Shown here piece by piece: positions 1 through 12,470 of a stretch of DNA of 64,000 nt. A model generated the notes under the pieces. It was given only the letters and a program-made list of their open reading frames with translations, made no database searches and had not been told where the DNA came from. The stretch is from Lama glama (lineage: Eukaryota): assembly GCA_028534125.1 (NCBI GenBank), contig CM052816.1, positions 2,296,001-2,360,000 of the forward strand, in the 5' to 3' direction. The position numbers and the translations under genes are program-made. Each line of letters starts with the position of its first letter. Within the stretch, counting starts at the first letter, position 1.

Positions 1-3000
1 ATTCAGTAGGAGAAGGAAGACAAAGCCTTCTAACAGAAAAAAAAAATGTAGATTCTGCATACTTTTAATTGCCTTCTTAGGAAAATTCTTTGCCAACATG
101 CTTTCCAGAAAAAAGACCAGGCTGATATGATCTGAGATGAAGTAATAAAATGTTCGATTATCTGCACGCAACTCTTGTTTTTAATGCTGAATTTAGTCCG
201 GCTCCCAGACACAAGGAGGCTAAAAATTCATATTCAGATAAGGAAAGGCGAACCTTGGAGAACAGATGGAGCAGAGTTCAGCATAAAGGTTTAATCCTAT
301 CAGGCCGATTCCTGTATGGCCATCTGGATAATCCGGCACACACATTCAAGGCCTGTTAAAAATACGACTCCAGCCAAGATTAACGTCACAGATTTTCCAC
401 TAGACTTGCTCATATTTGACTTTATGATTTTCCAGGCCCAGGAAGATTGCTTGCGAATAAAGCCTTGAGGATTCTATGAAGGAGCAGTTACATTTTTTTT
501 TCCAAAACCTGAAAATTGTTTCCTCTTTCACAGTATTAGGTGTCCATTTTTGGGAAGTTATTTTCATCTCCCTGTCTCCCCTGACTTTCATAGCTGGAAC
601 TTTTCTTACAACAGCATAATAAGGAGAATTGGACTAAAAGTAATTTTGTGCATGAAAGTTCTTGTCAGGAAGAAAAGAGTTATTTACTTATTGTATAATC
701 AGAGGCAAGTGAATTGACTATTGTTGCAACAAATATCACTATTGGATCCATGAATAATTCATTTTGGGGGTTTGTCCTCCTCCCTCCATGATCTTTGTTT
801 TTTTCGTTGTTTTTTTTTTTTTTTTTTTGGCTGCTTTGCAAAGAAGTGGATGATAATCACAGAACAGGGCAAAAAAGAAAGAAAAGAAAGAAAAACTGAT
901 GGCTCTTTTTTTTTTTTTTTTTTTTTTACTGTTAGCTGCCTGAGGATTAATATTTGTACATTTTAATTTTGGATTTGGCAGATCAAACTTGAGATGGAAA
1001 ACAGAGTATCTCACCTCTTTCAGTTAGAAAATTCTGAGCTCCTGGAGCATTTTTAACAAACAATTTTTGCATAGTATGAAACAATGCTGTGTCAATAAAT
1101 CAAAAAGCCTTCACGTCTTTCAGGTGCAATTTAGAAGTTACAGGTACATCAAAATGTCAAGATTTTTCACTGCTAAATTGTTAAATAACCCGGTGTAGTG
1201 AACCTGCACTGGGTGCTGGATCGCAGATAAACAAACTCAGAAATCCAGAAGTGCTCGTCCTGGTATGTTTGGATTATAATTGCTGCGCCAGGAGTTCTAG
1301 CCTTCCCTTGTTCAGATGTGTGTGCCCTGACTGTTGAGGAATTTAGCTGATTAAGAACAGAATAAGAAAGCTGCAGAAATAAACAGGAAGTAGCTATAAT
1401 TCGGGATTGCTCTGTATTTAGCAAATGGCATAGTTTGGAACTTAGCTGAGGCGCTAAGTTTAGATGCACCTAGGTATCGCCACTCGGCTAACTCTGCCTT
1501 AGTGTAGGTGGATCCACGTTTCCATCTACTGACTGTGGATTCTTCCTTTATTCGTTTTCTGTGAGAGCCATGCATGTTGTCAAAGCAAAGGGCTTTCTTG
1601 CCACATGAAGTCACTTTGGGATAAAGGATGAAAAAACACTTGAAATTCTTGATCTCTTCATCTAATATTTAATAGCTTTAATTGCATCTGGTGTTGAGAA
1701 ATATCTATATCATGGGTTACATTTCTCTTTAAAGTGACAAACACACACACAAGGGGAGAAAGAGAGAGAAGTGGAGGCCCTTTTGCATCTATAATATATG
1801 ATTGTCTGCCAAGTGATGTCTAGATATGCTAGTGGATGGGGCAATAAAGGCAGACCCGTAACAAAACCAAACCAAATAAAAACCCTAATAAACAATAAAA
1901 TGCTTAGCTGCATAAAGCAATTATTAAAGAAAATAAAGGCAGGCAGAAGTAAATCTGGAAACTGAAAGAGCAGCAGCGTTACAAAGATTGCCTGCCACAT
2001 CTTGAGTATCGGAAGCTGTCAAGTTTGTTCCTTTATTTGTTTACTAGCTGATGGGGAGCCGGTGGTGAGGTTAGCATTCTGAAAGTTATGAACCCCTTAT
2101 GAAAGTTACATCTGACTTGAACCCCTCTAGGTGCCAGGGTTAAGGTCAGATGGCAAAACCGCCACTAATTTCTAAGGCTTCAAGTTGGAGGGTGGCTGAA
2201 CGCAGAATAGATCTGCCTCCTGTACATGGTCCAAATCTGCAGGGCCAGTCTTCCCAGGAGGGCCAAACCCTCTGTTTGCCCTCCTTCCTGGCCTGCAGCT
2301 ACCAGTTTTCAGGATCAAAGAATGCAGGTGTTGCTGCTAATGAGCTGTGAGCAGTCAGGAAACTCATCTTTTCACTTAAAAAAAAAAAAAGCCCAGCAAA
2401 AATAATAATTCTGTTAAACAGGAAGGGCAGATATCTGCGTGCTGAGTCCACATGGGGTACTGTGTGTCCCCATCAGTCTCCAGAATGGGCTTTCTCCCAA
2501 GTACAACCTCACAAAAATCAAGCAGATACAAGGGAGGAAGGCCTGAGATTGTTTTATGAGGTCATAAGAGTCCCGTGGAAATGAGCTGATCTCATGGATT
2601 TCGCAACATTTTCTGTGAAGTCTCAAGAATCTGGGACAATAACATTAAAGTTAATTCCTCATTTCTGAGAAGATTGACATTAGTGTCATCCCAGGCAAAT
2701 GAGCGCCTTACAAAAAAATTCTGCTCTGTAACTCCTGAAGCCACATCCACCTCCTCAGAAAACTGAGCGGTGTTAGCAAGTCGCCGGATTGGACGTTTCC
2801 AGCGAAGTTTTGCATTACGCTCTGTAATCTGAAGTGGTGAGACAGTGGCGAATTCTAGTAAAGAATGAAACTCTGGTTAATGGGGAAGTGATGATAACAG
2901 CGATGATTATCGTAGCAACTCACGTGCCCCGTGCCTGGTACAGACGTAAAGCAGCAAAACGCAGCTAGGCACTTCCTGCATTTCGCCCGGAGTCTGTGTG

Positions 3001-5239
3001 GTGGGTCCCCATGTGGAAACTACTGCTTAGAAAGGGCGAGTGACTGCTTCAAGGGCGCACTGAGTGGTCGATGTGGAATTGGAACAGCTGGAGCTCTTGC
3101 CCGTTTTCAGATGCTGTGATGCCCTGAATGTTCAAATCAACTTAGCATAATTGCTTCTTTCTCTCTTTACTCAGAAGCCAGTAAGGGTTGGCATCTTCAC
3201 CTCCACTGTTAGCATCGGTGTCTGCTCTGTAGAAGTGCTCATTAGGAGAGAGTCCTGGTTAAGTAGAATGCCGGAAAGGAGCGTTTCCATTTCTTCCTGT
3301 GTACCATACACAATGGAAATGGAAAATAATCCTCGTGTCCACTTTAGTGAAATTTTATTTTGAGATTTGCAGTGGGATTAGAATGCTTCCAAATGTGAGC
3401 CTTTTACCAGCTGATCTGAGTGTTGTTTCCCCTTGGTATTTAAATACAGGGATGGAGAAAAGGGGCAGGGAGTGCATCTCTAATGAGGCCTCCATAATGG
3501 GACATCGACTGTCGCAAAAGCCTCATTTTGGGGATGAGAGATGATAAACGCCGTGCCCAGGTCGTCTCTACAGCCACCCCCAAACAAGTGAGGTATTGAT
3601 CACAGCATAACGTGATATCAGAGGCAAAAGTAAGAGCAGCCTCAGGACCCTGCTGATGGCTGCACACACCACTAATTCACCTCAATGGGCAGGAACCTCT
3701 GAGTTCAATTAACCCTTATCCCCAAGGCCACCCATAAACCCCGGGGTAAACATGGCTTTCCGGGCCCTTGCTTTCTGTCAATGAAATAGATCATTTCTAT
3801 TGGAGACTGAGGTGTGATTCCAGCTTATAAATTCACCTCGCTAATAAAGAGCCTGGTATTTCCAGCGTGAGTGAGCAGGCCCTCGAATCGTGTAACACTG
3901 ATTCCGTAAATCAGACAGTTTCAAACCGCTGAGGCCATCCATGCTTTCTTCCGCCTTCCGTGGCTGTTGGAAGGAAACAAAAATGCTCTGGAGGTAGAGC
4001 AGGTGTTAGCAAGCGTCCCCTGGTGCAGTTGTCTGCACACAGAGCGTTGGTTGTTAAATGCGTACTGGAGGCCGAACGCTTTCTTTTCTTTCCTTCCTTC
4101 TTTCTTTTTTTTTTTTTTCCTCCTTCTTCCCTCTCTTCTCCTGATCACGACCATTGTTCAGAAGCAAATTGGAAATCTGGTAATTAGGCCCTGACTCACG
4201 GTGTAATATTAGAGTCCCGAGCCAAAGTTCAACACCCTGAAATGAAATTTAAACCAATTAATCTGTTAGATTTTTATCGCTTGTCCGTGTTTTCTCAGCA
4301 ATTCCCCCAGCACGTGGCCTTTGATCAACTCTCATACAAACGCTAAAATGTGTGCCTGCTGCTAGCAAGATGGGAATGACATTAACATGGTACTCATAAA
4401 ACAATCAGAGCAGAGAAGCCCTCAAACAGGCAGGGCATAGTAATATTTAATAAAAGCGCACACATAATCTTCAGAATTAGCATTTTGTGCCTTGCAGTAC
4501 CTTTGGGAGAAGAGCTTTTATTTGTGGAGTGATCATTATTATAACAAAGAAGAGCTACCTAATCATTTCCACTTTAACTCTGCAATGTGCCACGAGCATT
4601 TCAGAGCCATTATGCTAAACTGTGGTGGTGTAATCATGTTATTGTCATAGTTTGAAGGAAGGAAAATCTCCTTTACTTTGGTGGCTGTTGGGGGTAGGGG
4701 GAGAGGTTTGAAAAAAAAAAAACCCCAAACTCTTGTTTTTAATGAGATTTAGAACCAGGAACTGGTTTCCTGTCCCTGTGGGTAACCAGAGTGTGAAAAT
4801 TCATTGGTGAGGAAGTATCTCTTATTAATTAAATGAAGATTTGGCCAGTAGAAGTGATTTTGTATTTAAATTCACCCTTTCTCCCCCATTCCATGGTATT
4901 TTCTTAGTAACAGAATTGTATTGATTATTACACTCCTGGGCTGGATTGAACTCTTTCATGAATCTTCACCCTCAGATTTCACTGAATACATCCACTGTGA
5001 CTATTAAAAACTGTCTTCCCCCTGCATCTCTCTGGGTATCCCAAGTGAAAAAAAAAAAAAAAAAAAAAACCAGTTCCTGGCCCCTGCAGACATTCTACGT
5101 GCTTTCTCAGAGAGGCTTAGTGTCTGTTAGCACATAAAGGCTTTAAAAAAAAAAAATTAGCATCAGTTTGCTCTAAAAAGTAAAATCTTTATCTCTCTCA
5201 GAATGAAATGCTCTGTGGTGCTTTTTTTTTTTAATTAAA

Positions 5240-5700
5240 ACTATTACCTTCATATGTGCTCACTGAAAAAATTCAAGCTGTGCAGATAGTCCTAGTCCTT
5301 CGCTTTCCCGCATGGATCCCCAGGGGATGACTGATGCACATCCTTCCAGACCTCTGTCCACCACACCTGTTCACACCTACCTGCACGTTCACGCACACAG
5401 GCTAATATATATCATTTTTTTAAATTAGCAGGATCACATTATTCATTAGATTACAAATTGCTTTTTTTTTAACTTACTAACTTATTTTGGCATCTTTCCA
5501 TGTCAGTTTATAGAAGTTTTTTTTTTCTTCCAACCATTCAAATGACACTCCAAATATCCTACAGCATGGATGTACCATACTTTATTTAGCCACTCCCTAA
5601 CTGGGGACACCCAGACTCTTAAACTTTTTACTGTCAATACTGCAGTGAGCATTTGGGTACCTGTAGTTTTTAGGCACATTTGCAAGTATTTCCTGGGCTG
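5240..5700 (-). mobile_element. Ancient L1M (L1ME/L1MC-like) fragment: ORF2 C-terminus and 3' UTR
   Basis: The minus-strand frame 5503-5685 reads SPVREWLNKVWYIHAVGY, matching the L1 ORF2 C-terminal motif CPS..EWINKLWYIHTMEYY. Confidence 0.8.
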
Positions 5701-5789
5701 CTTTTAGTCTGGCAAGTTTGTTTGTGACAAGGGTAAAAGTGTAAGATGGTAGCCTGTGAGTTAAATTGAAGTCTATAAACAGTTTGTTT

Positions 5790-5960
5790 AGTCTACGCAT
5801 TTAAAAAATTGAATTCGTTGCCAGCGTTTAAAGATTGGGAAATTTCACATAAAAATCTGGGCTCCCGGCTTCTTTAGAAAGATGAGAAGACCGGATCACA
5901 GTGGGCCTGCTTCTGTGCGGGGACGCTAGTAGCTGGCACTTCCCCAGTTCAGGGTGTCAG
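5790..5960. mobile_element. hAT-Charlie DNA transposon fossil (MER102-like)
   Basis: tttaaagattgggaaatttcacataaaaatctgggctcccggcttctttagaaagatgagaagacc resembles my recall of the MER102 consensus; subfamily uncertain. Confidence 0.55.
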
Positions 5961-6087
5961 CGGCCGTCCATCTCAGGCTTGTTTGGAGACCCTGAGCTGT
6001 TATATTCGTCCCTGTGTCTTGCCTTCACCTGTATGGACCTGTGAGTTCTTAACAACTGCTTTTGGGCCTCATCCGTCTAGCTAGCCG

Positions 6088-6308
6088 TAGTGTTTTCTAC
6101 CTTGCACTATTGACATTTTAGGGTTCTTCTTTATGGAGGACCATCTCAAGCGTTATGGGACACTTAGCATCCTCGACGTCCAGGTCCTAAATGCCTGCAG
6201 CAGCGCTTCCCCAGCCCTCTCTGCCAGTGGGACAGCCCAGGAGCCCTTCACGTGTTTTCCAGTCTTCCCGGCGGGGGAGGAGCACAGAGCTTCCTCCCCA
6301 GACTGCTG
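6088..6308. mobile_element. MER20-like hAT MITE fossil
   Basis: tagtgttttctaccttgcactattgacatttt...cttagcatcc...aaatgcctgcagcagc follows the MER20 pattern; about 220 bp. Confidence 0.6.
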
Positions 6309-8842
6309 TGGCACCAGTGCCGAGCAGCATCTTTCAGACCTTTTGAGGTCTCCACTTAGAAAGGCCTGCCTGACTTACTTTAGGAGTGGCACCTCTTCCC
6401 TAAGCAGGGAGGCTGGACTGTGTTGAGCACAGAGGGAGGGTGCCACGCTTTTCCTGGAGCACTTCCTTCAGGGTTTCAGGGTTTTTTTCCCTCTCCAACG
6501 GATCTAAGAAGATAGTGTCAAGCACTGTTTCCTCACCAGCTTCTCTCTGGCTCCTTGATGCTCATTTACCTCTGACTAGTTGGCAGTAACTTTGTTTCTG
6601 GATGGTTGGAAACATTGTCACTTTCGTTAGGAAATGTTTGACAGCATACACACACATGTAAGCGGACTTAACAGGCCTTCTGTATCCTACAAATAGCAAA
6701 CGGAAAAAAGAGCACTGGAGTCAAATCTCAAATCAGCCGTTCTCGGTCATGCTGTTGTAACCGGTTTATTGTACGAGAGTCTCTCAAAGATACACCAACA
6801 CGCCCCTTGCCTCCTTTTGTGCAATGATGAGAAAGCCTGGAAGAGCCCACACTTATCTAAAGAAACATGCTTGTGTGATTAAAAAAAAAAAAAGTAAAAA
6901 AATTAAAGGAAATCCCAAAGCTAATATAGATAATAAGCACCAAGATGACTTTCTGGTTTATGACGGTAATCGCAGGGTCAGCATTTAATGATACCATTGG
7001 ATTCCATGCTTTGCCATCAGGCAAGACTCTTTCAAGACCAGCTCAATTAAACCAATGTCTTTGTCTTCTCAGAAGTATCCAGGGATAAAGTAACACCTTT
7101 TCTATTCCACTCTAGCAACTAAGTACTTACACGGAGCTAGAAATTAAGAAATAAGATTTTTGAGACATTAACTAGAATGTTTACAAACTGCTTATATTTT
7201 AAGAATTTTACATCGTTGTTAAATGTAGTTTATTTTTCTTATAAATTGCTTGGAATCATATTCTACCATTGGTTTGGGAATATTCAATCTGCATTTAAAC
7301 GTGGTTATTTTTAAAGAAAAGAATCTATGAAAAAGCCCTATCCTGTGGAACATTGATCACAACTTGTATGTGACTTAAACATTGGACAAGAATTTTCAAG
7401 TTATGAATCATTTACATTTTCTTGATTAATCATTTTGTTTGGGGGAGAAAGTGGAGGCGAGAAAAGGCCTCTGAACTGCCCAGTTTGGGTTGTAAATGCA
7501 TTGCTATGAGTTCAGCCAACATGAAGTGTTTAGTTTGGATATTTCCAAATTTCTCCGTGCAATTTTATGAGATTAATTTGAATCAAAGTCAAACCGTTCT
7601 CCTTGTTTGTGTGGTGGCACGTGAGCGATGGTCCCACAGGGCTGGGCTTCAGGTTTTCCTTTCTTCTTGCAAAAGTTCAAGTGTGACATTTTGCCAAGTT
7701 TGACAAAGTCCAGTCATTTTTTTGCCAGGTTTTTTTTTTTTTTTCCCCTGTTAAAATTAACTGGTGCTCTCATTGGCTTCCATACTTGGAAAGCCAGTCT
7801 GGGGTACTTTATAAACTTTTACTTCGTAAACAAGGAGGGTCTCCTTTTCTCTCCTTACGCAGTGTCTCCTTTGCTTTAGAATTTTGCACAGTTCCTGTTT
7901 GTAAAAGCAATCATGGGAACACCAGCACTGGGCACTGTTGAGTTGAAAATCCTCGGTGGCACCAGCATCCTCTCTGAGAGATTTCAAACCCTACAATTAC
8001 GTGTATGCCCAGCAATTCGGTTGAAAGCATGCCTTGCTCATCAGGCAAAACCACCTCCCGTCTGTTTGGAATCAGAGGATTTGCAAAGCATTTCCCATCT
8101 CCCAGGGCCATTTATAATGGAAAGAAAAGAGATAGGAAGTTTTGGAAAAGCCACTTCTTGGGTTTGATGCCTGGGAATGACAACAAATCAAAGGTCATGG
8201 GACTTTCTGTGGTTCAGCCCTGACTCAGCATTTGGGTTACATAATTCACCCTGAGTGACCTGCGTACTTTGCATCTATCAAATGGGATCCATGACATTTA
8301 TTGAAAAAAATCTTAATGATCTTTAAACAGGAATGTTGCTCTGTTAGTGTTACCGACAGAAGGCATGGAATGAAAATGATGTTCTGCTCCAGCCTTCTCT
8401 TTTTCTTCCCTTCCCACTGGACAGCAATGTTTATCTAAAAATCTGCAAGTTTTCTTTTCAGGAAATACATTTAATTATGAACCAATTCCACTGGAAGGTT
8501 TCCAGTGAGTTCGAAAAAGCCACCCATCTTTTTCTTTTTTTTTTTAATCTTCGGCATTTCATAAATTAAATTTTCCCTCCATGTTTTATTTCATAAGATT
8601 TTCAGGTTTGAAAAAGATTTGGGTGAAATATATGTGTCTTTAACAGAAACAATGAAAAGAATGCTTTTACAAACTGAAATTGCACCCCGAGGGTTCAGGT
8701 CCTAATGCGACTAGGAATGCTGAAGTCTTGAGGGACTTCCTGTTAGTGAAAAGATAAAAGATTTTTTTTTCTTTTTCTCAAGTCTCCCATCATTAAAGTT
8801 TGGTTCTAACAGCAGACTCCTTCTCTTTTTCATGTGTGTTGA

Positions 8843-8992
<150 letters not shown>

Positions 8993-9959
8993 TGAACATT
9001 AATATCTAATAGCTTGGTCTGGTTGGGGATACTGTCTACACTTGAATTTCTAATAGAGTGTGTGGAATTTAGTGGTGCCATTCTGGGTGGGCCAGCTCCA
9101 GTCTTACAGAACTCTGGAGACCAGGAAAGATGGGTTGGGTCTACCAAGAGGCATCACTGCCTGCTGGAATGGCTTCCAACCACTGGCCTGTAAGTATCAG
9201 GAGAGCTTCTGCTTTGTCATTTGTTCTCACGGGCTAGCCACAGAGTGGAGGTCCTAATGTGTACTGGGAATTGGAAAGCAGATCCAGAGTCGCAAATATA
9301 TAGGCAAAGCCCTGTTAGGGCTTTAATAAAGTAAGAAGTTGTGAATATTTGTAGATGGAGTCATTTGTAGACCCATCTTCAAGGAACACCATCCCCATGA
9401 CAGTAATAATCCAGGTGTAGGTGGTTCTTGACTTTTTCGATGGCTCGTCATCAGAGAGTGAGTGACTTGCCGGGAGAACCGAGGAGAACCCAGAGCTTTT
9501 TCCAGCCCTAGGAACTTATAGCTCCCAGGCATTTCTGTGTGAGACTGCAACCATCTGAAAATGACTGTGTTCTATGTGTGTAGTGCTTTCCAAGCACTGG
9601 GATCATGGTCGTAACCTGCCAGTTGACTTGTCTGGCAATAATCAATGTGAGCTCAGGAGCACAAAACATGAACATCACACTTGTATACAAGCTGTGGCAA
9701 ACTTGCCTTTGGTTTCTAAATTCTGAGCCTCGATTTCTCAGCCAGCATGCCTAGAGCCCCCTCTTCCTTCACCTCCCTGACGTTTAGAGCAAAAACAATG
9801 TTAGGGCTGCAAGGTACCATTGAGTTCATTCATCCCGCACACCTTACACGTGGTCACAGAATCACGACACTTCCCTGAGACTGACTAGATGCTAAGTACT
9901 GAGCTGAGCTCTTGACGTGGAACATTTTAGTCTTCCCTCTACACCGCAATGGAGATACT

Positions 9960-10125
9960 CTTAGTGTGCATCTTTCTTAATAAGGATACGGAGGCTTAGA
10001 GATACATTGTTACATAACCTGAAAGCAGCCACCCAGAGCCTAGAGCATGTGAGCGATGTGTGTGTGGCCACAGAAAGAAGTCGGTAGCACCACTGGAGCT
10101 AGAACTGCGATTTTCTGGTTCCATT
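9960..10125 (-). mobile_element. MIR SINE fragment
   Basis: taataaggatacggaggcttagaga core-like segment and ctggagctagaactgcgattttctggttcca. Confidence 0.5.
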
Positions 10126-10524
10126 TCTCGTTGTCCTCCTGTGACTCCGCTGTTCAGCCCATCCAGATATTTCCACTGTGCTCTCTCTTCAGCAGGGCCG
10201 TAGAGATAAGCAGAAAGTTAAGACTGTGATAGTTGAGTATGTTTATCTTTCCAAAGGAGAGCCTGCCCTTCTTTTTAAGCCTTCTGTGTGCACATCTCCC
10301 TGCCAGGAGGCCGCTCTGGCCAGCCCCTGGCCAGCACACCCTGCCGCGGCCTTTGGATGTCCCGCACGGCCAGCTAGCGGCATGCGCTTGGCCCGAGAAT
10401 CAAAGCTCCCGTGCAGCTGAATCAGAGATGGGCTTTTCGGTCCACCACACTAAGTGTTGTCCAAGTTGGAATATCCCAGGCATGAAGAGTGGACTGAAAT
10501 GGCCCAGGCAACTGCACCCCATCC

Positions 10525-10694
10525 TTTTTTAATTATTATTATTGAAGTAGAGTCAGTTTGCAATGTTGTGTCAATTTCCGGTGTGCAGCCCAAGGCTCCA
10601 GTCATGCATATACATACATACGTTCGTTTTCATGTTCTTTTTCTACAAGATATTGGATACAGTTCCCTGTGCTGTACAGTATAAACTTGTTGTT
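10525..10694 (-). mobile_element. 5'-truncated lineage L1 3' end (cetartiodactyl/camelid type)
   Basis: T-rich tail then attgaagtagagtcagtttgcaatgttgtgtcaattt; homologous to the copies at 25.0 and 39.5 kb. Degenerate TSD tgcaccccatccttt / tgcaccgtgttcttt (11 of 15 match). Confidence 0.85.
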
Positions 10695-11769
10695 TGCACC
10701 GTGTTCTTTGCTGGAACCATTGGGTTATAAAATTAGAAGCATCATGTACATGACATATTTTGCTTCCGACCCGGTGTCTTCATGGCTGCTGGATACAGCA
10801 GTGCTCACCGGGACAGCTTTTCCCAGGTCTCCTGGGCTGTGTCTTCATCCCTTCCTGTCTCTCGTTCTGTTTCATGTCCTGGACTCTGAGAGAGGGGAAG
10901 AATAAATAGAATATGAACTCCTTACTGCAGATCATAGCAGTCAAAGTGAGGGCAGAGAAGTGGGGCTCAAAACTGTCCATATTGTTGACCCCTGAGTGCA
11001 AGCTGGGTTAGTGTGACGCTTCCTTGACAACCTTGCACCGTCCTAGCCCAGGCATATGAGTGACACTGGACGTGGATGAGGGCTGCAGCACATCAGGAAG
11101 TCATTGCTTTGCCCCTCCACCTTGTTCCCAGTCAAGGTCCCCCAGTTTCCTCTTGGTTCCCCCACTTTCTTGCCCTCTTTGGGGAACAGGTAAGGGAGGT
11201 TAAATTCTCACTTAGATGTACCTACATTGCGTTAAAGGATCTGTTTCCATGTAACACAATCAATGCAAATCATGAAAAGGAAAATCCACTGAGGCGATAC
11301 TTCATCCTCCTCCCTCATCTGCCTCCTCACTGCCCCTGCCTCACATGCCCAGAAGACCCTCAGCGTGGATCTGGGGGCGTCCAGCTAGAAGCTGAGGGCA
11401 GGGGCTGCATGCTCCTTCTCTGCCCACCTCCTCCTCCAAACTGCTCTCATCCATGTGTCTGTCAGAAACCAACCATGACCCTCACCTGCTGGAAGCCTGC
11501 TACAGAGTTTCCCCATGTGTTTTCACAGATATTCTTTGAAAATAAATCAATCCCCTGCGGCATGAGCAGTTGGGTGTCTGCATGGAGACTTTCATTTGGG
11601 CTGTTATCCTCATGATGATCCTGACATTTAGAAAAATGAGCCTTGCGGAGATGAACTTTTTGTAAATATTCTCAACTATTTATAAATTTGACAGATACGG
11701 TGTCAGTGCCTTTTTTTTTTTATTGCAGGGAGAGAATCTGGTCCTGCTCCAAAGAAATTGAGAACTAGC

Positions 11770-11935
11770 TCGCATTTACTAAGGGTTTATCATGTGTAGG
11801 CACCTTGTGGGTTTTATTTTATTTATTCTTTGTGATAGCCCTGTGTCAGATTCATATAAGGAAACCGAGCGTCAAGATGTTAAGACCCTCACCCACCACC
11901 ACACAGACCGTGCAGGAGGTGGGATCTGAACCACG
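11770..11935 (-). mobile_element. MIR SINE
   Basis: catttactaagggtttatcatgtgtaggcac...ataaggaaaccgagcg...gtgggatctgaacc. Confidence 0.65.
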
Positions 11936-12254
11936 ATGTATGTTTTAACAAGAGAAATACAAGCCCCAGTCAATGAGAGAGCAACTGGGTGGAATCCTGA
12001 GGGAAGAAAGACAGAAAGAATAGAGGAAAAAAAGACACGCATCATGATCTAGTTGGATCATAGTCGAAGGGCAACAGCGCGCAGTAACTGAGGCTCTTCT
12101 TTTTGATCAGAATTACTTAAGTGCCTTAGGGGCAAAAAGCATCAACCAAATTTGGGGCCATTTCTCCAGGCTTCCACTGGATAGGATCAGAACTTGATAA
12201 CTGTGAATACAAAGAGAAGATATTTATGAACATAGAGGCTGACTCGTATCAGCT

Positions 12255-12470
12255 AACATTCTAGGAGGCAGGAACTAACTTAGGTGCTATGCTAAGTGCT
12301 CGGGATGGCCCTCACGTGAGCCTGGTGACAGCTGTATGCCCTGTTGTTCTCATTTTACTGATGAGGAAATTGAGGCCTGGGGAAGCTGGACAAGCTGTTC
12401 AGTTATCCAGTGGCGGGGATGGGATTTGAACCCAGACAGTCCAACTCCAGGGCTCACCTTCTTAACCATC
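12255..12470 (-). mobile_element. MIR SINE
   Basis: ctcattttactgatgaggaaattgaggc core plus gggatttgaacccagacagtccaactccag. Confidence 0.85.

Noticed and set aside
5316..5328. EBF-like site (atccccaggggat) suggesting autoregulation, plus similar near-matches elsewhere
   Set aside because: Imperfect matches to TCCCNNGGGA are expected by chance in 64 kb.
11076..11615. 179-aa ORF
   Set aside because: Pro/Cys/Leu-rich chance frame in a C-rich stretch with no recognisable homology.
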